Shown here: one piece after another, positions 12,101 to 27,600 of the stretch
Position numbering within the stretch: position 1 is the first letter of the stretch
Layout of the letters: each line of letters starts with the position of its first letter
NCBI GenBank assembly: GCA_964057225.1
Contig: OZ059896.1
Location: 22,010,001-22,074,000, forward strand
Source: Auanema rhodensis
Taxonomy: Eukaryota; Animalia; Nematoda
Direction: 5' to 3'
Length of the DNA: 64,000 nucleotides
Notes under the pieces: model-generated
What the model was told of the DNA's origin: nothing
Database searches by the model: none
The model's input: only the letters and a program-made list of their open reading frames with translations
Translations under genes and position numbers: made by a program

Positions 12101-12636
12101 GTGTACATGGAAACTCAACATACACTAATGCATCATTTTTCAAACGATCATAACTAATTTTTGTATTAAGCGTTTCTCAATGTAGTATAGTGCATTCGAT
12201 GCGGATTTTTAAGCTGCGTCGATCTGTCTTATCAGATTTGCGCTAGCTTAAAAATGCACCGAGATATCAACTGATATAAGTTCACACTTATATCCTCGAT
12301 TTTCACCCTGAAGAATTAATTTTTTCGTAGAATAACATTGTCCATCGTCTTTGCCTTGAAAAAAGGAATCTAAAAACATCTACTTTTTGCTAAATTATTT
12401 TGAAATTTTTCGAAAAAATTTTTGTCAAAATGTTTTTGGAAGCAATGTTGAGTGTACATGGAAACTCAACATACACTAATGCATCATTTTTCAAACGATC
12501 ATAACTAATTTGTGTATTAAGCGTTTCTCAATGTAGTATAGTGCATTCGATGCGGATTTTTAAGCTGCGTCGATCTGTGTTATCAGATTTGCGCTAGCTT
12601 AAAAATGCACCGAGATATCAACTGATATAAGTTCAC
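9127..12636. repeat. Tandem duplication of a 5-monomer (1755-bp) block
   Basis: Rare variants GTCTTATC (10473/12228) and TTTGTGT (10757/12512) recur at offset 1755. Confidence 0.85.
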
Positions 12637-15600
12637 ACTTATATCATCGATTTTCACCCTGAAGAATTAATTTTTTCGTTGAATAACATTGTCCATCGTC
12701 TTTGCCTTAAAAAAAGGAATCTAAAAACATCTACTTTTTGCTAAATTATTTTGAAAGTTTTCGAAAAAATTTTTGTCAAAATGTTTTTGGAAGCAATGTT
12801 GATTGTACATGGAAACTCAACATACACTAATGCATCATTTTTCAAACGATCATAACTAATTTTTGTATTAAGCGTTTCTCAATGTAGTATAGTGCATTCG
12901 ATGCGGATTTTTAAGCTGCGTCGATCTGTGTTATCAGATTTGCGCTAGCTTAAAAATGCACCGAGATATCAACTGATATAAGTTCACACTTATAGCCTCG
13001 ATTTTCACCCTGAATAATTAATTTTTTTGTTGAATAACATTGTCCATCGTCTTTGCCTTAAAAAAAGGAATCTAAAAACATCTACTTTTTGCTAAATTAT
13101 TCTGAAATTTTTTGAAAACATTTTTGTCAAAATGTTTTTGGAAGCAATGTTGATTGTACATGGAAACTCAACATACACTAATGCATCATTTTTCAAACGA
13201 TCATAACTAATTTTTGTATTAAGCGTTCCTCAATGTGGTATAGTGCATTCGATGCGGATTTTTAAGCTGCGTCGATCTGTGTTATCAGATTTGCGCTAGT
13301 TTAAAAATGCACCGAGATATCAACTGATATAAGTTCACACTTATATCCTCGATTTTCACCCTGAAGAATTGATTTTTTCGTTGAATAACATTGTCCATCG
13401 TTTTTGCCTTGAAAAAAGAAATTTAAAAACATCTACTTTTTGCTAAATTATTTTGAAATTTTTCGAAAAAATTTTTGTCAAAATGTTTTTGGAAGCAATG
13501 TTGAGTGTACATGGAAACTCAACATACACTAATGCATCATTTTTCAAACGATCATAACTAATTTTTGTATTAAGCGTTTCTCAATGTAGTATAGTGCATT
13601 CGATGCGGATTTTTAAGCTGCGTCGATCTGTGTTATCAGATTTGCGCTAGCTTAAAAATGCACCGAGATATCAACTGATATAAGTTCACACTTATATCCT
13701 CGATTTTCACCCTGAAGAATTAATTTTTTCGTAGAATAACATTGTCCATCGTCTTTGCCTTAAAAAAAGGAATCTAAAAACATCTACTTTTTGCTAAATT
13801 ATTCTGAAATTTTTTGAAAACATTTTTGTCAAAATGTTTTTGGAAGCAATGTTGATTGTACATGGAAACTCAACATACACTAATGCATCATTTTTCAAAC
13901 GATCATAACTAATTTTTGTATTAAGCGTTCCTCAATGTGGTATAGTGCATTCGATGCGGATTTTTAAGCTGCGTCGATCTGTGTTATCAGATTTGCGCTA
14001 GTTTAAAAATGCACCGAGATATCAACTGATATAAGTTCACACTTATATCCTCGATTTTCACCCTGAAGAATTGATTTTTTCGTTGAATAACATTGTCCAT
14101 CGTTTTTGCCTTGAAAAAAGAAATTTAAAAACATCTACTTTTTGCTAAATTATTTTGAAATTTTTCGAAAAAATTTTTGTCAAAATGTTTTTGGAAGCAA
14201 TGTTGAGTGTACATGGAAACTCAACATACACTAATGCATCATTTTTCAAACGATCATAACTAATTTTTGTATTAAGCGTTTCTCAATGTAGTATAGTGCA
14301 TTCGATGCGGATTTTTAAGCTGCGTCGATCTGTGTTATCAGATTTGCGCTAGCTTAAAAATGCACCGAGATATCAACTGATATAAGTTCACACTTATATC
14401 CTCGATTTTCACCCTGAAGAATTAATTTTTTCGTAGAATAACATTGTCCATCGTCTTTGTCTTGAAAAAAGGAATCTAAAAACATCTACTTTTTGCTAAA
14501 TTATTTTGAAATTTTTCGAAAAAATTTTTGTCAAAATGTTTTTGGAAGCAATGTTGATTGTACATGGAAACTCAACATACACTAATGCATCATTTTTCAA
14601 ACGATCATAACTAATTTTTGTATTAAGCGTTTCTCAATGTAGTATAGTGCATTCGATGCGGATTTTTAAGCTGCGTCGATCTGTGTTATCAGATTTGCGC
14701 TAGCTTAAAAATGCACCGAGATATCAACTGATATAAGTTCACACTTATATCCTCGATTTTCACCCTGAAGAATTAATTTTTTCGTAGAATAACATTGTCC
14801 ATCGTCTTTGCCTTGAAAAAAGGAATCTAAAAACATCTACTTTTTGCTAAATTATTTTGAAATTTTTCGAAAAAATTTTTGTCAAAATGTTTTTGGAAGC
14901 AATGTTGAGTGTACATGGAAACTCAACATACACTAATGCATCATTTTTCAAACGATCATAACTAATTTTTGTATTAAGCGTTTCTCAATGTAGTATAGTG
15001 CATTCGATGCGGATTTTTAAGCTGCGTCGATCTGTGTTATCAGATTTGCGCTAGCTTAAAAATGCACCGAGATATCAACTGATATAAGTTCACACTTATA
15101 TCATCGATTTTCACCCTGAATAATTAATTTTTTCGTTGAATAACATTGTCCATCGTCTTTGCCTTAAAAAAAGGAATCTAAAAACATCTACTTTTTGCTA
15201 AATTATTCTGAAATTTTCTGAAAACATTTTTGTCAAAATGTTTTTGGAAGCAATGTTGATTGTACATGGAAACTCAACATACACTAATGCATCATTTTTC
15301 AAACGATCATAACTAATTTTTGTATTAAGCGTTTCTCAATGTAGTATAGTGCATTCGATGCGGATTTTTAAGCTGCGTCGATCTGTGTTATCAGATTTGC
15401 GCTAGCTTAAAAATGCACCGAGATATCAACTGATATAAGTTCACACTTATATCCTCGATTTTCACCCTGAAGAATTAATTTTTTCGTAGAATAACATTGT
15501 CCATCGTCTTTGCCTTGAAAAAAGGAATCTAAAAACATCTACTTTTTGCTAAATTATTTTGAAATTTTTCGAAAAAATTTTTGTCAAAATGTTTTTGGAA

Positions 15601-18600
15601 GCAATGTTGAGTGTACATGGAAACTCAACATACACTAATGCATCATTTTTCAAACGATCATAACTAATTTGTGTATTAAGCGTTTCTCAATGTAGTATAG
15701 TGCATTCGATGCGGATTTTTAAGCTGCGTCGATCTGTGTTATCAGATTTGCGCTAGCTTAAAAATGCACCGAGATATCAACTGATATAAGTTCACACTTA
15801 TATCATCGATTTTCACCCTGAAGAATTAATTTTTTCGTTGAATAACATTGTCCATCGTCTTTGCCTTAAAAAAAGGAATCTAAAAACATCTACTTTTTGC
15901 TAAATTATTTTGAAAGTTTTCGAAAAAATTTTTGTCAAAATGTTTTTGGAAGCAATGTTGATTGTACATGGAAACTCAACATACACTAATGCATCATTTT
16001 TCAAACGATCATAACTAATTTTTGTATTAAGCGTTTCTCAATGTAGTATAGTGCATTCGATGCGGATTTTTAAGCTGCGTCGATCTGTGTTATCAGATTT
16101 GCGCTAGCTTAAAAATGCACCGAGATATCAACTGATATAAGTTCACACTTATAGCCTCGATTTTCACCCTGAATAATTAATTTTTTTGTTGAATAACATT
16201 GTCCATCGTCTTTGCCTTAAAAAAAGGAATCTAAAAACATCTACTTTTTGCTAAATTATTTTGAAATTTTTTGAAAACATTTTTGTCAAAATGTTTTTGG
16301 AAGCAATGTTGATTGTACATGGAAACTCAACATACACTAATGCATCATTTTTCAAACGATCATAACTAATTTTTGTATTAAGCGTTTCTCAATGTAGTAT
16401 AGTGCATTCGATGCGGATTTTTAAGCTGCGTCGATCTGTGTTATCAGATTTGCGCTAGCTTAAAAATGCACCGAGATATCAACTGATATAAGTTCACACT
16501 TATATCCTCGATTTTCACCCTGAAGAATTAATTTTTTCGTAGAATAACATTGTCCATCGTCTTTGCCTTAAAAAAAGGAATCTAAAAACATCTACTTTTT
16601 GCTAAATTATTCTGAAATTTTTTGAAAACATTTTTGTCAAAATGTTTTTGGAAGCAATGTTGATTGTACATGGAAACTCAACATACACTAATGCATCATT
16701 TTTCAAACGATCATAACTAATTTTTGTATTAAGCGTTCCTCAATGTGGTATAGTGCATTCGATGCGGATTTTTAAGCTGCGTCGATCTGTGTTATCAGAT
16801 TTGCGCTAGTTTAAAAATGCACCGAGATATCAACTGATATAAGTTCACACTTATATCCTCGATTTTCACCCTGAAGAATTGATTTTTTCGTTGAATAACA
16901 TTGTCCATCGTTTTTGCCTTGAAAAAAGAAATTTAAAAACATCTACTTTTTGCTAAATTATTTTGAAATTTTTCGAAAAAATTTTTGTCAAAATGTTTTT
17001 GGAAGCAATGTTGAGTGTACATGGAAACTCAACATACACTAATGCATCATTTTTCAAACGATCATAACTAATTTTTGTATTAAGCGTTTCTCAATGTAGT
17101 ATAGTGCATTCGATGCGGATTTTTAAGCTGCGTCGATCTGTGTTATCAGATTTGCGCTAGCTTAAAAATGCACCGAGATATCAACTGATATAAGTTCACA
17201 CTTATATCCTCGATTTTCACCCTGAAGAATTAATTTTTTCGTAGAATAACATTGTCCATCGTCTTTGTCTTGAAAAAAGGAATCTAAAAACATCTACTTT
17301 TTGCTAAATTATTTTGAAATTTTTCGAAAAAATTTTTGTCAAAATGTTTTTGGAAGCAATGTTGAGTGTACATGGAAACTCAACATACACTAATGCATCA
17401 TTTTTCAAACGATCATAACTAATTTTTGTATTAAGCGTTTCTCAATGTAGTATAGTGCATTCGATGCGGATTTTTAAGCTGCGTCGATCTGTGTTATCAG
17501 ATTTGCGCTAGCTTAAAAATGCACCGAGATATCAACTGATATAAGTTCACACTTATATCATCGATTTTCACCCTGAAGAATTAATTTTTTCGTTGAATAA
17601 CATTGTCCATCGTCTTTGCCTTAAAAAAAGGAATCTAAAAACATCTACTTTTTGCTAAATTATTTTGAAAGTTTTCGAAAAAATTTTTGTCAAAATGTTT
17701 TTGGAAGCAATGTTGAGTGTACATGGAAACTCAACATACACTAATGCATCATTTTTCAAACGATCATAACTAATTTTTGTATTAAGCGTTTCTCAATGTA
17801 GTATAGTGCATTCGATGCGGATTTTTAAGCTGCGTCGATCTGTGTTATCAGATTTGCGCTAGCTTAAAAATGCACCGAGATATCAACTGATATAAGTTCA
17901 CACTTATATCCTCGATTTTCACCCTGAAGAATTAATTTTTTCGTAGAATAACATTGTCCATCGTCTTTGCCTTAAAAAAAGGAATCTAAAAACATCTACT
18001 TTTTGCTAAATTATTCTGAAATTTTTTGAAAACATTTTTGTCAAAATGTTTTTGGAAGCAATGTTGATTGTACATGGAAACTCAACATACACTAATGCAT
18101 CATTTTTCAAACGATCATAACTAATTTTTGTATTAAGCGTTTCTCAATGTGGTATAGTGCATTCGATGCGGATTTTTAAGCTGCGTCGATCTGTGTTATC
18201 AGATTTGCGCTAGTTTAAAAATGCACCGAGATATCAACTGATATAAGTTCACACTTATATCCTCGATTTTCACCCTGAAGAATTGATTTTTTCGTTGAAT
18301 AACATTGTCCATCGTTTTTGCCTTGAAAAAAGAAATTTAAAAACATCTACTTTTTGCTAAATTATTTTGAAATTTTTCGAAAAAATTTTTGTCAAAATGT
18401 TTTTGGAAGCAATGTTGAGTGTACATGGAAACTCAACATACACTAATGCATCATTTTTCAAACGATCATAACTAATTTTTGTATTGAGCGTTTCTCAATG
18501 TAGTATAGTGCATTCGATGCGGATTTTTAAGCTGCGTCGATCTGTGTTATCAGATTTGCGCTAGCTTAAAAATGCACCGAGATATCAACTGATATAAGTT

Positions 18601-21600
18601 CACACTTATATCATCGATTTTCACCCTGAAGAATTAATTTTTTCGTTGAATAACATTGTCCATCGTCTTTGCCTTAAAAAAAGGAATCTAAAAACATCTA
18701 CTTTTTGCTAAATTATTTTGAAAGTTTTCGAAAAAATTTTTGTCAAAATGTTTTTGGAAGCAATGTTGATTGTACATGGAAACTCAACATACACTAATGC
18801 ATCATTTTTCAAACGATCATAACTAATTTTTGTATTAAGCGTTTCTCAATGTAGTATAGTGCATTCGATGCGGATTTTTAAGCTGCGTCGATCTGTGTTA
18901 TCAGATTTGCGCTAGTTTAAAAATGCACCGAGATATCAACTGATATAAGTTCACACTTATATCCTCGATTTTCACCCTGAAGAATTGATTTTTTCGTTGA
19001 ATAACATTGTCCATCGTTTTTGCCTTGAAAAAAGAAATTTAAAAACATCTACTTTTTGCTAAATTATTTTGAAATTTTTCGAAAAAATTTTTGTCAAAAT
19101 GTTTTTGGAAGCAATGTTGAGTGTACATGGAAACTCAACATACACTAATGCATCATTTTTCAAACGATCATAACTAATTTTTGTATTAAGCGTTTCTCAA
19201 TGTAGTATAGTGCATTCGATGCGGATTTTTAAGCTGCGTCGATCTGTGTTATCAGATTTGCGCTAGCTTAAAAATGCACCGAGATATCAACTGATATAAG
19301 TTCACACTTATATCCTCGATTTTCACCCTGAAGAATTAATTTTTTCGTAGAATAACATTGTCCATCGTCTTTGTCTTGAAAAAAGGAATCTAAAAACATC
19401 TACTTTTTGCTAAATTATTTTGAAATTTTTCGAAAAAATTTTTGTCAAAATGTTTTTGGAAGCAATGTTGAGTGTACATGGAAACTCAACATACACTAAT
19501 GCATCATTTTTCAAACGATCATAACTAATTTTTGTATTAAGCGTTTCTCAATGTAGTATAGTGCATTCGATGCGGATTTTTAAGCTGCGTCGATCTGTGT
19601 TATCAGATTTGCGCTAGCTTAAAAATGCACCGAGATATCAACTGATATAAGTTCACACTTATATCATCGATTTTCACCCTGAAGAATTAATTTTTTCGTT
19701 GAATAACATTGTCCATCGTCTTTGCCTTAAAAAAAGGAATCTAAAAACATCTACTTTTTGCTAAATTATTTTGAAAGTTTTCGAAAAAATTTTTGTCAAA
19801 ATGTTTTTGGAAGCAATGTTGAGTGTACATGGAAACTCAACATACACTAATGCATCATTTTTCAAACGATCATAACTAATTTTTGTATTAAGCGTTTCTC
19901 AATGTAGTATAGTGCATTCGATGCGGATTTTTAAGCTGCGTCGATCTGTGTTATCAGATTTGCGCTAGCTTAAAAATGCACCGAGATATCAACTGATATA
20001 AGTTCACACTTATATCCTCGATTTTCACCCTGAAGAATTAATTTTTTCGTAGAATAACATTGTCCATCGTCTTTGCCTTAAAAAAAGGAATCTAAAAACA
20101 TCTACTTTTTGCTAAATTATTCTGAAATTTTTTGAAAACATTTTTGTCAAAATGTTTTTGGAAGCAATGTTGATTGTACATGGAAACTCAACATACACTA
20201 ATGCATCATTTTTCAAACGATCATAACTAATTTTTGTATTAAGCGTTTCTCAATGTGGTATAGTGCATTCGATGCGGATTTTTAAGCTGCGTCGATCTGT
20301 GTTATCAGATTTGCGCTAGTTTAAAAATGCACCGAGATATCAACTGATATAAGTTCACACTTATATCCTCGATTTTCACCCTGAAGAATTGATTTTTTCG
20401 TTGAATAACATTGTCCATCGTTTTTGCCTTGAAAAAAGAAATTTAAAAACATCTACTTTTTGCTAAATTATTTTGAAATTTTTCGAAAAAATTTTTGTCA
20501 AAATGTTTTTGGAAGCAATGTTGAGTGTACATGGAAACTCAACATACACTAATGCATCATTTTTCAAACGATCATAACTAATTTTTGTATTGAGCGTTTC
20601 TCAATGTAGTATAGTGCATTCGATGCGGATTTTTAAGCTGCGTCGATCTGTGTTATCAGATTTGCGCTAGCTTAAAAATGCACCGAGATATCAACTGATA
20701 TAAGTTCACACTTATATCCTCGATTTTCACCCTGAAGAATTAATTTTTTCGTAGAATAACATTGTCCATCGTCTTTGCCTTGAAAAAAGGAATCTAAAAA
20801 CATCTACTTTTTGCTAAATTATTTTGAAATTTTTCGAAAAAATTTTTGTCAAAATGTTTTTGGAAGCAATGTTGAGTGTACATGGAAACTCAACATACAC
20901 TAATGCATCATTTTTCAAACGATCATAACTAATTTTTGTATTAAGCGTTTCTCAATGTAGTATAGTGCATTCGATGCGGATTTTTAAGCTGCGTCGATCT
21001 GTGTTATCAGATTTGCGCTAGCTTAAAAATGCACCGAGATATCAACTGATATAAGTTCACACTTATATCATCGATTTTCACCCTGAAGAATTAATTTTTT
21101 CGTTGAATAACATTGTCCATCGTCTTTGCGTTAAAAAAAGGAACCTAAAAACATCTACTTTTTGCTAAATTATTTTGAAAGTTTTCGAAAAAATTTTTGT
21201 CAAAATGTTTTTGGAAGCAATGTTGATTGTACATGGAAACTCAACATACACTAATGCATCATTTTTCAAACGATCATAACTAATTTTTGTATTAAGCGTT
21301 TCTCAATGTAGTATAGTGCATTCGATGCGGATTTTTAAGCTGCGTCGATCTGTGTTATCAGATTTGCGCTAGCTTAAAAATGCACCGAGATATCAACTGA
21401 TATAAGTTCACACTTATAGCCTCGATTTTCACCCTGAATAATTAATTTTTTCGTTGAATAACATTGTCCATCGTCTTTGCCTTAAAAAAAGGAATCTAAA
21501 AACATCTACTTTTTGCTAAATTATTTTGAAATTTTTTGAAAACATTTTTGTCAAAATGTTTTTGGAAGCAATGTTGATTGTACATGGAAACTCAACATAC

Positions 21601-24600
21601 ACTAATGCATCATTTTTCAAACGATCATAACTAATTTTTGTATTAAGCGTTTCTCAATGTAGTATAGTGCATTCGATGCGGATTTTTAAGCTGCGTCGAT
21701 CTGTGTTATCAGATTTGCGCTAGCTTAAAAATGCACCGAGATATCAACTGATATAAGTTCACACTTATATCCTCGATTTTCACCCTGAAGAATTAATTTT
21801 TTCGTAGAATAACATTGTCCATCGTCTTTGCCTTAAAAAAAGGAATCTAAAAACATCTACTTTTTGCTAAATTATTCTGAAATTTTTTGAAAACATTTTT
21901 GTCAAAATGTTTTTGGAAGCAATGTTGATTGTACATGGAAACTCAACATACACTAATGCATCATTTTTCAAACGATCATAACTAATTTTTGTATTAAGCT
22001 TTTCTCAATGTAGTATAGTGCATTCGATGCGGATTTTTAAGCTGCGTCGATCTGTGTTATCAGATTTGCGCTAGCTTAAAAATGCACCGAGATATCAACT
22101 GATATAAGTTCACACTTATAGCCTCGATTTTCACCCTGAATAATTAATTTTTTTGTTGAATAACATTGTCCATCGTCTTTGCCTTAAAAAAAGGAATCTA
22201 AAAACATCTACTTTTTGCTAAATTATTCTGAAATTTTTTGAAAACATTTTTGTCAAAATGTTTTTGGAAGCAATGTTGATTGTACATGGAAACTCAACAT
22301 ACACTAATGCATCATTTTTCAAACGATCATAACTAATTTTTGTATTAAGCGTTTCTCAATGTGGTATAGTGCATTCGATGCGGATTTTTAAGCTGCGTCG
22401 ATCTGTGTTATCAGATTTGCGCTAGTTTAAAAATGCACCGAGATATCAACTGATATAAGTTCACACTTATATCCTCGATTTTCACCCTGAAGAATTGATT
22501 TTTTCGTTGAATAACATTGTCCATCGTTTTTGCCTTGAAAAAAGAAATTTAAAAACATCTACTTTTTGCTAAATTATTTTGAAATTTTTCGAAAAAATTT
22601 TTGTCAAAATGTTTTTGGAAGCAATGTTGAGTGTACATGGAAACTCAACATACACTAATGCATCATTTTTCAAACGATCATAACTAATTTTTGTATTGAG
22701 CGTTTCTCAATGTAGTATAGTGCATTCGATGCGGATTTTTAAGCTGCGTCGATCTGTGTTATCAGATTTGCGCTAGCTTAAAAATGCACCGAGATATCAA
22801 CTGATATAAGTTCACACTTATATCCTCGATTTTCACCCTGAAGAATTAATTTTTTCGTAGAATAACATTGTCCATCGTCTTTGCCTTGAAAAAAGGAATC
22901 TAAAAACATCTACTTTTTGCTAAATTATTTTGAAATTTTTCGAAAAAATTTTTGTCAAAATGTTTTTGGAAGCAATGTTGAGTGTACATGGAAACTCAAC
23001 ATACACTAATGCATCATTTTTCAAACGATCATAACTAATTTTTGTATTAAGCGTTTCTCAATGTAGTATAGTGCATTCGATGCGGATTTTTAAGCTGCGT
23101 CGATCTGTGTTATCAGATTTGCGCTAGCTTAAAAATGCACCGAGATATCAACTGATATAAGTTCACACTTATATCATCGATTTTCACCCTGAAGAATTAA
23201 TTTTTTCGTTGAATAACATTGTCCATCGTCTTTGCCTTAAAAAAAGGAATCTAAAAACATCTACTTTTTGCTAAATTATTTTGAAAGTTTTCGAAAAAAT
23301 TTTTGTCAAAATGTTTTTGGAAGCAATGTTGATTGTACATGGAAACTCAACATACACTAATGCATCATTTTTCAAACGATCATAACTAATTTTTGTATTA
23401 AGCGTTTCTCAATGTAGTATAGTGCATTCGATGCGGATTTTTAAGCTGCGTCGATCTGTGTTATCAGATTTGCGCTAGCTTAAAAATGCACCGAGATATC
23501 AACTGATATAAGTTCACACTTATAGCCTCGATTTTCACCCTGAATAATTAATTTTTTCGTTGAATAACATTGTCCATCGTCTTTGCCTTAAAAAAAGGAA
23601 TCTAAAAACATCTACTTTTTGCTAAATTATTTTGAAATTTTTTGAAAACATTTTTGTCAAAATGTTTTTGGAAGCAATGTTGATTGTACATGGAAACTCA
23701 ACATACACTAATGCATCATTTTTCAAACGATCATAACTAATTTTTGTATTAAGCGTTTCTCAATGTAGTATAGTGCATTCGATGCGGATTTTTAAGCTGC
23801 GTCGATCTGTGTTATCAGATTTGCGCTAGCTTAAAAATGCACCGAGATATCAACTGATATAAGTTCACACTTATATCCTCGATTTTCACCCTGAAGAATT
23901 AATTTTTTCGTAGAATAACATTGTCCATCGTCTTTGCCTTAAAAAAAGGAATCTAAAAACATCTACTTTTTGCTAAATTATTCTGAAATTTTTTGAAAAC
24001 ATTTTTGTCAAAATGTTTTTGGAAGCAATGTTGATTGTACATGGAAACTCAACATACACTAATGCATCATTTTTCAAACGATCATAACTAATTTTTGTAT
24101 TAAGCGTTTCTCAATGTAGTATAGTGCATTCGATGCGGATTTTTAAGCTGCGTCGATCTGTGTTATCAGATTTGCGCTAGCTTAAAAATGCACCGAGATA
24201 TCAACTGATATAAGTTCACACTTATAGCCTCGATTTTCACCCTGAATAATTAATTTTTTCGTTGAATAACATTGTCCATCGTCTTTGCCTCAAAAAAAGG
24301 AATCTAAAAACATCTACTTTTTGCTAAATTATTTTGAAATTTTTTGAAAACATTTTTGTCAAAATGTTTTTGGAAGCAATGTTGATTGTACATGGAAACT
24401 CAACATACACTAATGCATCATTTTTCAAACGATCATAACTAATTTTTGTATTAAGCGTTTCTCAATGTAGTATAGTGCATTCGATGCGGATTTTTAAGCT
24501 GCGTCGATCTGTGTTATCAGATTTGCGCTAGCTTAAAAATGCACCGAGATATCAACTGATATAAGTTCACACTTATATCCTCGATTTTCACCCTGAAGAA

Positions 24601-27600
24601 TTAATTTTTTCGTAGAATAACATTGTCCATCGTCTTTGCCTTAAAAAAAGGAATCTAAAAACATCTACTTTTTGCTAAATTATTCTGAAATTTTTTGAAA
24701 ACATTTTTGTCAAAATGTTTTTGGAAGCAATGTTGATTGTACATGGAAACTCAACATACACTAATGCATCATTTTTCAAACGATCATAACTAATTTTTGT
24801 ATTAAGCGTTTCTCAATGTGGTATAGTGCATTCGATGCGGATTTTTAAGCTGCGTCGATCTGTGTTATCAGATTTGCGCTAGTTTAAAAATGCACCGAGA
24901 TATCAACTGATATAAGTTCACACTTATATCCTCGATTTTCACCCTGAAGAATTGATTTTTTCGTTGAATAACATTGTCCATCGTTTTTGCCTTGAAAAAA
25001 GAAATTTAAAAACATCTACTTTTTGCTAAATTATTTTGAAATTTTTCGAAAAAATTTTTGTCAAAATGTTTTTGGAAGCAATGTTGAGTGTACATGGAAA
25101 CTCAACATACACTAATGCATCATTTTTCAAACGATCATAACTAATTTTTGTATTAAGCGTTTCTCAATGTAGTATAGTGCATTCGATGCGGATTTTTAAG
25201 CTGCGTCGATCTGTGTTATCAGATTTGCGCTAGCTTAAAAATGCACCGAGATATCAACTGATATAAGTTCACACTTATATCCTCGATTTTCACCCTGAAG
25301 AATTAATTTTTTCGTAGAATAACATTGTCCATCGTCTTTGCCTTGAAAAAAGGAATCTAAAAACATCTACTTTTTGCTAAATTATTTTGAAATTTTTCGA
25401 AAAAATTTTTGTCAAAATGTTTTTGGAAGCAATGTTGAGTGTACATGGAAACTCAACATACACTAATGCATCATTTTTCAAACGATCATAACTAATTTTT
25501 GTATTAAGCGTTTCTCAATGTAGTATAGTGCATTCGATGCGGATTTTTAAGCTGCGTCGATCTGTGTTATCAGATTTGCGCTAGCTTAAAAATGCACCGA
25601 GATATCAACTGATATAAGTTCACACTTATATCCTCGATTTTCACCCTGAAGAATTAATTTTTTCGTCGAATAACATTGTCCATCGTCTTTGCTTTGAAAA
25701 AAGAAATCTAAAAACATCTACTTTTTGCTAAATTATTCTGAAATTTTTTGAAAACATTTTTGTCAAAATGTTTTTGGAAGCAATGTTGATTGTACATGGA
25801 AACTCAACATACACTAATGCATCATTTTTCAAACGATCATAACTAATTTTTGTATTAAGCGTTTCTCAATGTAGTATAGTGCATTTGATGCGGATTTTTA
25901 AGCTGCGTCGATCTGTGTTATCAGATTTGCGCTAGCTTAAAAATGCACCGAGATATCAACTGATATAAGTTCACACTTATATCCTCGATTTTCACCCTGA
26001 AGAATTAATTTTTTCGTTGAATAACATTGTCCATCGTTTTTGCCTTGAAAAAAGAAATCTAAAAACATCTACTTTTTGCTAAATTATTCTGAAATTTTTC
26101 GCAAAAAGTTTTGTCAAAATGTTTTTGGAAGCAATGTTGATTGTACTTGGAAACTCAACATACACTAATGCATCATTTTTCAAACGATCATAACTAATTT
26201 TTGTATTAAGCGTTTCTCAATGTAGTATAGTGCATTCGATGCGGATTTTTAAGCTGCGTCGATCTGTGTTATCAGATTTGCGCTAGTTTAAAAATGCACC
26301 GAGATATCAACTGATATAAGTTCACACTTATATCCTCGATTTTCACCCTGAAGAATTGATTTTTTCGTTGAATAACATTGTCCATCGTTTTTGCCTTGAA
26401 AAAAGAAATTTAAAAACATCTACTTTTTGCTAAATTATTTTGAAATTTTTCGAAAAAATTTTTGTCAAAATGTTTTTGGAAGCAATGTTGAGTGTACATG
26501 GAAACTCAACATACACTAATGCATCATTTTTCAAACGATCATAACTAATTTTTGTATTGAGCGTTTCTCAATGTAGTATAGTGCATTCGATGCGGATTTT
26601 TAAGCTGCGTCGATCTGTGTTATCAGATTTGCGCTAGCTTAAAAATGCACCGAGATATCAACTGATATAAGTTCACACTTATATCATCGATTTTCACCCT
26701 GAAGAATTAATTTTTTCGTTGAATAACATTGTCCATCGTCTTTGCCTTAAAAAAAGGAATCTAAAAACATCTACTTTTTGCTAAATTATTTTGAAAGTTT
26801 TCGAAAAAATTTTTGTCAAAATGTTTTTGGAAGCAATGTTGATTGTACATGGAAACTCAACATACACTAATGCATCATTTTTCAAACGATCATAACTAAT
26901 TTTTGTATTAAGCGTTTCTCAATGTAGTATAGTGCATTCGATGCGGATTTTTAAGCTGCGTCGATCTGTGTTATCAGATTTGCGCTAGTTTAAAAATGCA
27001 CCGAGATATCAACTGATATAAGTTCACACTTATATCCTCGATTTTCACCCTGAAGAATTGATTTTTTCGTTGAATAACATTGTCCATCGTTTTTGCCTTG
27101 AAAAAAGAAATTTAAAAACATCTACTTTTTGCTAAATTATTTTGAAATTTTTCGAAAAAATTTTTGTCAAAATGTTTTTGGAAGCAATGTTGAGTGTACA
27201 TGGAAACTCAACATACACTAATGCATCATTTTTCAAACGATCATAACTAATTTTTGTATTAAGCGTTTCTCAATGTAGTATAGTGCATTCGATGCGGATT
27301 TTTAAGCTGCGTCGATCTGTGTTATCAGATTTGCGCTAGCTTAAAAATGCACCGAGATATCAACTGATATAAGTTCACACTTATATCCTCGATTTTCACC
27401 CTGAAGAATTAATTTTTTCGTAGAATAACATTGTCCATCGTCTTTGTCTTGAAAAAAGGAATCTAAAAACATCTACTTTTTGCTAAATTATTTTGAAATT
27501 TTTCGAAAAAATTTTTGTCAAAATGTTTTTGGAAGCAATGTTGAGTGTACATGGAAACTCAACATACACTAATGCATCATTTTTCAAACGATCATAACTA

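Larger units (their letters stand above)
1..12636. repeat. Variant domain I (monomers 1-36)
   Basis: Markers p94A (AAACAACTAC) and p273A (GGATATTT) were seen only in this interval. Confidence 0.8.
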
